From Erysipelotrichaceae bacterium OH741_COT-311 (GTDB taxonomy: Bacteria > Bacillota_I > Bacilli_A > Erysipelotrichales > Erysipelotrichaceae): a DNA stretch of 32,000 nt. The notes beneath the pieces are model-generated. The model searched no databases. It was not told the origin of the DNA and saw nothing but the letters and a program-made list of their open reading frames with translations. Position numbers and translations under genes: made by a program. Below are positions 25,931-32,000 of this stretch, piece after piece (within the stretch, counting starts at the first letter, position 1; each line of letters begins with the position of its first letter). The DNA lies in contig RQZE01000003.1 of NCBI GenBank assembly GCA_003858585.1, positions 30,001-62,000 on the forward strand. The letters are read 5' to 3'.

Positions 25931-26910
25931 TTTCAGTAATAATGCCGGCTTATAACTGTAAAGAGTATATTGCTCAATCAATAGAATCGATTTTAAATCA
26001 AACATATCAAGAATTTGAACTGATTATCATTGATGATGGATCTAAAGATGAAACGTTGAGTATTGCTACAGAGTATAGCAAAAAGGATGGTCGTATCAAA
26101 GTGTATTCGATTGAAAATGGTGGTCCATCGAATGCTCGTAATGTTGGAATGAGTAAGGCAAGTTATCCATATCTTTGTTTTATTGATTCGGATGATTGTT
26201 ATGATAAACACTTTTTACAAATTGCATACGATAGTATGATGCAACATGATGCAGATTACTTTATAGCGCTTGTTATGGCAGCCTTTAAAGATAGTAAAAA
26301 ACCTTTGTTGAGTATCTATGATACAAAAATTATGCAGGATCAAGAGTATATCGAAGTAATCAAAACAGGGGTTTTAAATTCTCCTGTTGTTAAACTGTAT
26401 AAAAAAGCTTTGATTGATAAGCATTGCTTACAGTTTGATACAAGTTTAGATATTGGTGAAGATTTAAAGTTTAATCTTAGCTATTTAAAGCATGTAAATA
26501 CTTTTCTTGTTTATAATGAAGTTTTATATGAATACATCCAAAATCCTAATAGTATTACCAATCGTTATAAGACAGAGTATTTTAGAAAACGTAAAACATC
26601 TTTAGCTTATGTTGAGTCATTTTTAAATGGTAGTGATGAGGCGAAGGAGTTTGTTGCTGAAAATAAAGTGAAATTACTTTATGCTTTATGCTTGAATTAT
26701 TTTTCTCAACCAACGAAAGAACGTTATCGAAACTTAAAAAAAGATTTAAGAAATCAGTATTTTAAAGATATAAAGGTGAATGACTTTAAATATAAAAGCA
26801 TGTATTATTTGTATAAGTATAATTTATCTTCTTTGTTTATTTGCTTAAATTATTGTATTTATCTTTTAAGAAAGAAAAGGATTTTAAAAACAGTTGGCAC
26901 TTCTATTTGA
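25927..26910 (+). CDS. Family 2 glycosyltransferase (GT-A fold)
   Basis: SVIMPAYNCKEYIAQSIESI, IDDGSKDET, FIDSDD. ATGA overlap with wzx. AAGGAG RBS. Confidence 0.9.
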   Translation: MISVIMPAYNCKEYIAQSIESILNQTYQEFELIIIDDGSKDETLSIATEYSKKDGRIKVYSIENGGPSNARNVGMSKASYPYLCFIDSDDCYDKHFLQIAYDSMMQHDADYFIALVMAAFKDSKKPLLSIYDTKIMQDQEYIEVIKTGVLNSPVVKLYKKALIDKHCLQFDTSLDIGEDLKFNLSYLKHVNTFLVYNEVLYEYIQNPNSITNRYKTEYFRKRKTSLAYVESFLNGSDEAKEFVAENKVKLLYALCLNYFSQPTKERYRNLKKDLRNQYFKDIKVNDFKYKSMYYLYKYNLSSLFICLNYCIYLLRKKRILKTVGTSI

Positions 26911-26944
26911 AAAGTAGATATCTTTTACAATGACATCTACTTTT
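26910..26944. terminator. Possible bidirectional terminator between convergent GT2 and wzy genes
   Basis: AAAAGTAGAT (26910-26919) pairs with ATCTACTTTT (26935-26944) around a 15-nt loop. T-run on the right and A-run on the left. The long loop lowers confidence. Confidence 0.35.
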
Positions 26945-28115
26945 TACTTTGTATCAAAAGCTTTGATTTTATACTTCCACATAATAAAATAGGTATCCAA
27001 AATAATGGTTGTCTTCCATTAAATAGTAGAAAACTTTCAATTAATAAAGAAAGAATAATGAAACGATTTAAAAGTGTCGTTTGAATAATATTTTTATACA
27101 TCCATTTTAATAATAGATAAAATGGAACTATACCATAGGCAAATAAATAGTTAGGTAATGTAGAATGGATTTCAGAACCCAATAGAAGTTCGTTAAATCT
27201 TGCGTAATATCCTTCTCCAGATCCAAAGAAGATATAGTATGGATAATCGTATAATTTCTGTGCGCCACGTTCATAAAACAGTGATTTGATTCCACCATCT
27301 GTTATATTTTTCAGTTTGTATTGTATTCGTGTTAAGATAGTATAGTCTAATTTTTTTATATCAAAGTTAGCAGATGGCCATATAAGGTATAATGTTATGA
27401 CTATACCCATAATTACAGCGATAAGAGAAATATAAAACCATTTAATAGAAACATGATAGTATTTAAATGTTTGATATATAAAATATAAAAATAAAAATAT
27501 GGTTAAACTAATCATGCCAATAAAGCTACTAGTTGATTTCGATTGTAAAATTAAATAAAAGCTAACAAGATATATAATTGGTAACCACCATTTAAATTTA
27601 TAACTATGAATCATTAAAATAATAATACAAGAACTATAGAGGTAGAATCCAAATTGATTTGGATCTTTGAAGGTACCGATGTAGCGATAAGCACCCCAAT
27701 GTTCTAAAAACACATTTCCACTGTTTGTCAGATAGATAACGAACTGTAGTAAAATAGAAATAATTAGAATATATGATAAGTATTTTTTAATTTTATCATC
27801 TTTATTTAACAAGTGGCGAAATGTCATTACAGTCATTGCAACATAGATTAAAAATAATGTGCATGTAATAAACTCAGGTTGTTTGTAAATAAGAAAATAG
27901 ATTAAGTTAATGATAGATCCAATCAAAATAAATACGTAGTATAGATAATCTTTAATTAAGCTTTTGAACAGTTCTTTATTTTTTATCATTTTGTATAATG
28001 TACATAGAAAAGATAAAGCTAAAAATAGATCTGCAACAGAAATTAACTTAGAATAAGGGGTATATATATAAAATTGTTTTAAGAAAACAAAAAGTAAAAA
28101 TAAAATGGTTTCCAT
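26937..28115 (-). CDS. Wzy-type repeat-unit polymerase / O-antigen-ligase-family membrane protein
   Basis: 392 aa, about 10 TM, very AT-rich. GAYRYIGTFKDPNQFGFYLY matches the R-x-G-x-F-x-(D/N)-PN loop of the Wzy_C / O-antigen ligase family. AAGGAG RBS. Confidence 0.7.
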   Translation of the reverse strand: METILFLLFVFLKQFYIYTPYSKLISVADLFLALSFLCTLYKMIKNKELFKSLIKDYLYYVFILIGSIINLIYFLIYKQPEFITCTLFLIYVAMTVMTFRHLLNKDDKIKKYLSYILIISILLQFVIYLTNSGNVFLEHWGAYRYIGTFKDPNQFGFYLYSSCIIILMIHSYKFKWWLPIIYLVSFYLILQSKSTSSFIGMISLTIFLFLYFIYQTFKYYHVSIKWFYISLIAVIMGIVITLYLIWPSANFDIKKLDYTILTRIQYKLKNITDGGIKSLFYERGAQKLYDYPYYIFFGSGEGYYARFNELLLGSEIHSTLPNYLFAYGIVPFYLLLKWMYKNIIQTTLLNRFIILSLLIESFLLFNGRQPLFWIPILLCGSIKSKLLIQSKK

Positions 28116-28198
28116 GATGTTCTCCTTTAGTCTTAGTTATTTTATCATCTTTTTTTAAAATGCTAAAGGTGAAACGTATGTTATAGGTAGAATACTAA

Positions 28199-28207
28199 TG
28201 GTATAAT
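28199..28207 (+). promoter_or_regulatory. Extended -10 promoter element (TGgTATAAT) for the 28231 operon
   Basis: TGGTATAAT at 28199-28207 in the divergent wzy / dehydrogenase intergenic region. The -35 is weak (TGTTAT). Confidence 0.5.
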
Positions 28208-28230
28208 AAATTAAAATTAATGGAGGAAGT

Positions 28231-29118
28231 ATGTTTAAAATTCTGGTAACGAAACACTTTAAATTATCACATCGATTAGAAATGTTGTTTTCTTCTTTTG
28301 TTGTTGAGTATATCAATGAATTAGAAAAGTATAAAGGAAAAAAAGAGGAAGTATATGGTGTGATAGGTTATCGTTTTTTTGAATTTAATGATATACAACT
28401 ATATACAAATTTGAAGTTTATTCAACTTACAAGTATGGGAGTAAATACTGTCGATGTTGATTATGTAAAGAATAGAAAGATTTCTCTATGTAATGCCAAG
28501 GATGCTTATGCAATACCAATTGCTGAATATGTGGTAGGCGCTATGTTGTCTTTTTACAGAGGATTGTTTGACTTTAAAGATTTACAACGTCAAAAAGTAT
28601 GGAAGATGAACATGAAACTTCAAGAGTTATACAATAAGAAAGTACTTATTTTAGGGACAGGCAATATTGCATCAAAGATTGCCGAACGTCTTGTTGGGTT
28701 TCAAGTCGATATTACGGGGTTTAATCGTAGCGGTCATCTTCCCAAGCATTTTCATCGTGTCATAACTAGTTTAGATATCTTTTCGGATTATGATGTCATT
28801 ATTTGTACGCTTCCATTGACAAAGGATACCTATCATTTTATTGATGATGCTTTCTTAAAGAAATGTAAAGATGGATTATTGTTCATTAATGTAGCTAGGG
28901 GAAGTATCGTAAAAGAAGAAGCTTTACTTAAATCTTTAAGAGAAAATAAATTTTATGCTGTTATCTTAGATGTGTTTGAACAGGAACCATTAGATAAAAA
29001 TAGTGAGTTGTATGAGTATGATCAAGTGTTGATTACACCTCATAACTCGTTTGCATCAATGTCTAATTATAAGCGTTTAGAGGAAATCATCTATCAAAAC
29101 ATCAAAGATTTATTGTAA
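28231..29118 (+). CDS. NAD-dependent D-isomer-specific 2-hydroxyacid dehydrogenase family protein
   Basis: Rossmann motif ILGTGNIASKIAERL, and the catalytic triad context NVARGSIV / LDVFEQEP / ITPHNS. Confidence 0.88.
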   Translation: MFKILVTKHFKLSHRLEMLFSSFVVEYINELEKYKGKKEEVYGVIGYRFFEFNDIQLYTNLKFIQLTSMGVNTVDVDYVKNRKISLCNAKDAYAIPIAEYVVGAMLSFYRGLFDFKDLQRQKVWKMNMKLQELYNKKVLILGTGNIASKIAERLVGFQVDITGFNRSGHLPKHFHRVITSLDIFSDYDVIICTLPLTKDTYHFIDDAFLKKCKDGLLFINVARGSIVKEEALLKSLRENKFYAVILDVFEQEPLDKNSELYEYDQVLITPHNSFASMSNYKRLEEIIYQNIKDLL

Positions 29119-29147
29119 AATAGTATGGGAAATTAGAGGGTATAGAA

Positions 29148-30656
29148 ATGCTAGAAAAAATAAAGAAAGAATTTGGTTATGAAGATTTAAAACTAATAAT
29201 CTCAACCTTTATCATAGGTTTTTTAGTGCATGGAATGGTTTTTTATAATAAATTTGCTACAGATGATTCTATGTATAGTTTTTATGATAGCCTAAATACG
29301 GTTTCACTTGGTAGATTTTTTAGTGTAGTAACCGGCTTCTTCAGTTCTTTTTATGATTTACCTGTTGTAAACGGCTTTTTAACTTTACTTTATGGTGGAA
29401 TTTCGGTTGTTTTACTTTGTAAGATCTTTAAGGTGGAAGATTTTATTGTTAAAGTCTTAATTGGTGCTGTATTTATCAGTTTTCCTGTAGTAACTGCTAA
29501 TTTTGGTTATATGCATTTGGCAGATGCATATATGTTAGGTGTATTATTGTCGATTGCTTCTTTCTATGTCTTTTATTGTTTAGAAGGAAATATCTTAATC
29601 GCTTCTTTGCTTTTAGCATTAAGCATAGGGGTATATCAAATTTATTTGGTTTTTGGGATTCTATTATGTTTACTAACATTAATCAAAGAGATTATAAATG
29701 GCAAAGATGTTAGATTTCTTATACTAAAGATGTTAGCATATGGTGTTATTTCTTTAGTAATGTATATGATTCTTATGAAACTAAGTTTATATATATATAA
29801 TATTGAATTGAAAACGTATCAAGGGGTCAATGAATTATTTACTGTTTCTTTTTATGACTTATTATCTAATTTATTTCATGGATATAAAGTGTTTTTCTAT
29901 TATTTTATTAAAGTTAAACCCTATAATTTTTCGTTATTTTCTTTCATTGGATATTTGATACTCGCTACAGTTGGTATGAAAGAAGTTTATAATTATGTAG
30001 TTTGCTTTAAAAATCATAAGTATAATAGTATTTTATTGCTTGTGTTGTTATTGTTAATACCTTTTGCATCAAATGTTATATTGATTTTTTCGGATATTAA
30101 AACATTGTTTTATCATATATTAATGACACATCACTATGTGTTGATTGTTATATTTCCTTTAACGTTTATTAAAATTAAAAATATTAAATTAAATAATTTA
30201 GTGATGCTTTCTACTGTTTTAATAGTATTTAATTACTTTATTGTAGCAAACGTAGCGTACTTCAATATGCAACAAAAATATGAAAAAAGTTATGCATTAG
30301 CGTTGAGAGTGATTGATCGTATGGAGCAAACAGGTTGCTCTCTTTCAGAATCAAAAGTACTTTTCACAACAAAACTATTTGGCAATCCTAACACTTACTT
30401 TTCGCAAGAGACTTCACGAAGTGTAACAGAGCGTTTAAAAGGTGCTGAAGGAAATCATATTTTAGTAACACCATTTCATTTTCAACAATTTGCGAAACAT
30501 TATATAGGAATTGATCTAGATATTTATACTGAAGATGAAATTGATGGTATAGTAAAACAGTTAAATATTAAAGATATGCCTCAATGGCCACATAAAGATT
30601 CTATTCAGTGTATTGATAATAATACGATTGTGATAAATTTTATTGGAAAGCAATAG
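29148..30656 (+). CDS. Polytopic membrane protein with a C-terminal extracytoplasmic domain. GT-C-like (GtrII/glucosyltransferase-domain-like) glycan-modifying enzyme candidate
   Basis: 502 aa with about 11 TM. An acidic ATDDS motif sits in the first predicted external loop after TM1, as in GT-C enzymes. About 130 aa of soluble C-terminus. The family assignment is by architecture only. Confidence 0.45.
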   Translation: MLEKIKKEFGYEDLKLIISTFIIGFLVHGMVFYNKFATDDSMYSFYDSLNTVSLGRFFSVVTGFFSSFYDLPVVNGFLTLLYGGISVVLLCKIFKVEDFIVKVLIGAVFISFPVVTANFGYMHLADAYMLGVLLSIASFYVFYCLEGNILIASLLLALSIGVYQIYLVFGILLCLLTLIKEIINGKDVRFLILKMLAYGVISLVMYMILMKLSLYIYNIELKTYQGVNELFTVSFYDLLSNLFHGYKVFFYYFIKVKPYNFSLFSFIGYLILATVGMKEVYNYVVCFKNHKYNSILLLVLLLLIPFASNVILIFSDIKTLFYHILMTHHYVLIVIFPLTFIKIKNIKLNNLVMLSTVLIVFNYFIVANVAYFNMQQKYEKSYALALRVIDRMEQTGCSLSESKVLFTTKLFGNPNTYFSQETSRSVTERLKGAEGNHILVTPFHFQQFAKHYIGIDLDIYTEDEIDGIVKQLNIKDMPQWPHKDSIQCIDNNTIVINFIGKQ

Positions 30657-30663
30657 GTGTATA

Positions 30664-31713
30664 ATGATGAAACACAAAGTTAAATATGATTTATTGAGAG
30701 TTTTTGCAATTTTTGGAGTTATTGTTATTCACATAACTGCATATCCATATAACTATGGGGATGTATACACTATAACTTGGAAAATCGCTAATACATATAA
30801 TACGTTTTTTAGGTGGACAGTTCCTGTGTTTTTCATGTTAAGTGGAGCTCTATTACTCAATAAAGAAAAAATAAATTTTAAATTATTTATGTCTAAATAT
30901 ATTTTGAAATATTTGGGTATTTTTATCTTGTTTACTGTCTTATATGCAATTGCAGAATTAAAACCTATTACATCAATATTTGCTGAAAATAGATGGAAAT
31001 TTATTTTTCTTTTATTCAATTATAAATATCATTTATGGTTTTTAATCACTATGATCGGTGTATATTTGTTATATCCTATATTTATGGCATTGAAAAAATA
31101 TGAAAATGGAAAATATGTAATTTATTACTGTGTGTTATTTTTTGTGTTTGGAATTCTATCTTATTCTATAAAAACAATAAATTTTGAAGGTGTTTTGGAG
31201 TATATACCAACTTTATTTTCTAATTTCAATTACGAACTTTTCGGATACAGCGGTTATTTTTTAACTGGATATTATTTAAGTAATTTCCATTTTCCAAAAG
31301 CTAAAATAAAAATGATAGTCGCATTCTTATTTATTTTTTTGATAACAATTACGCTTTCACAGTATTACGTAAATACACATGGAGTAGTAAGTACGAGTTA
31401 TACTAACTACTTCTTTATTGCCACATACTTGGAATCTATACTTGTTTTTTTAATTTTTAATTCTTTAGAAGGAAATTTAACAACAAAAATAGAAAATATC
31501 TTTATAGAAATGTCATCTGTAACTGTATACGTTTATTTAATGCATGTATTTGTTATAGAATGGATGTTGAAGTATTATCCAAAAACAGTCACACATTATA
31601 ATAATGTCTTAGTTCCATTTTTTTCTTCTTTATTTGTTTTTGGTGTATGTTTCTTAACTGTAACTACCGTAAAAAAATTCTTATGCATATTAAAAAAATA
31701 TATAAGCAATTAA
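30664..31713 (+). CDS. Acyltransferase-3 family membrane O-acyltransferase (paralog-like to 19933-20976)
   Basis: YDLLRVFAIFGVIVIHI, SGALLLNKE, KYHLWFLITM. The start is moved to ATG 30664 (MMKHK), after AGGTG at 30653-30657. The ORF-track start at 30643 lies inside the upstream gene. Confidence 0.8.
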   Translation: MMKHKVKYDLLRVFAIFGVIVIHITAYPYNYGDVYTITWKIANTYNTFFRWTVPVFFMLSGALLLNKEKINFKLFMSKYILKYLGIFILFTVLYAIAELKPITSIFAENRWKFIFLLFNYKYHLWFLITMIGVYLLYPIFMALKKYENGKYVIYYCVLFFVFGILSYSIKTINFEGVLEYIPTLFSNFNYELFGYSGYFLTGYYLSNFHFPKAKIKMIVAFLFIFLITITLSQYYVNTHGVVSTSYTNYFFIATYLESILVFLIFNSLEGNLTTKIENIFIEMSSVTVYVYLMHVFVIEWMLKYYPKTVTHYNNVLVPFFSSLFVFGVCFLTVTTVKKFLCILKKYISN

Positions 31714-32000
31714 TTTTTAGATGTATACCATATAATATCACGGTAGTTGTAGTTAAAGAATAATTTAAATGGGGTCATATATAAAATGAATTTTTATAAT
31801 TTGTAGAAGTTTGTTGACTTTTACTTTTGTGCATTGTAAAAATAATAACGAATATAGTTATATCAAATTTAAAAATAGATAAATTTTTAAAATATATCTA
31901 ATGTAAAGGATTTTGAAAAATATAAAAGTAGCACATAAATAAGAACGATACTGTACACTTATAATTTTCTTGGCCTAATCGTTGCATGTTTTAAAGGGTA

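Noticed and set aside
31776-31796. Tiny ORF MNFYNL (ATGAATTTTTATAATTTGTAG) in the terminal spacer
   Set aside because: It is six codons long, has no solid RBS, and sits in AT-rich sequence where such micro-ORFs arise by chance.
31959-32000. Possible 3-prime end of a minus-strand gene at the window edge (..YPLKHATIRPRKL stop)
   Set aside because: Only 13 codons are visible with no recognisable motif, so it cannot be distinguished from a chance open frame.
21985-32000. Integrated mobile element at tRNA-Lys (looked for an integrase, a direct repeat of the tRNA 3-prime end, and IS or transposase remnants)
   Set aside because: No integrase or recombinase ORF and no visible second copy of the tRNA-Lys 3-prime segment (GGTTCGAATCCCTAAGGAGTCACCA) appear downstream within the window. 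Island status is therefore kept only as a hypothesis under the glycan-locus finding.

Overview
Tightly packed, low-GC Bacillota-type chromosomal segment. The lineage guess (Erysipelotrichia/Clostridia-like) is inference only. Standard code 11 applies: TGA is used as a stop and Trp is TGG. I support about 31 CDS, a 3-tRNA cluster, several intrinsic terminators and some extended -10 promoters. Bases 1-21.6 kb are mostly housekeeping or envelope genes. In order: the ogt 3-prime end; uppP; a CcdA-thioredoxin fusion; a degenerate dihydroorotase-like protein; tgt plus a QueA-QueH fusion; a 2TM protein coupled to an ArsR/SmtB regulator; a palindromic operator-like heptad array; a small-protein/PHP-phosphatase/M42-peptidase operon; a DUF4358 lipoprotein-MBOAT-DHHW O-acylation triad; a RumA/TrmA-type methyltransferase; an LCP ligase; a coupled M18 aminopeptidase-HD-Map trio; a CBS-domain family II pyrophosphatase; a membrane protein; an acyltransferase-3; and a TPR protein. 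A tRNA Asn/Glu/Lys cluster (21.70-21.99 kb) marks the boundary to a visibly more AT-rich Wzx/Wzy-type glycan locus (22.1-31.7 kb). That locus holds an HExxH mini-protein, three GT2 enzymes, Wzx, an inverted Wzy, a 2-hydroxyacid dehydrogenase, a GT-C-like membrane protein and a second acyltransferase-3. I saw no CRISPR array, IS element, prophage, toxin-antitoxin pair or recognisable defence system. The most unusual items are the QueA-QueH fusion, the ArsR-linked heptad operator array with its downstream metallohydrolase operon, the dihydroorotase-like pseudoenzyme candidate, the DUF4358-MBOAT-DHHW triad, and the tRNA-flanked glycan locus led by an orphan HExxH protein. I cannot claim a new biological system with confidence from sequence alone. 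All family calls rest on motifs read by eye, not on database searches.
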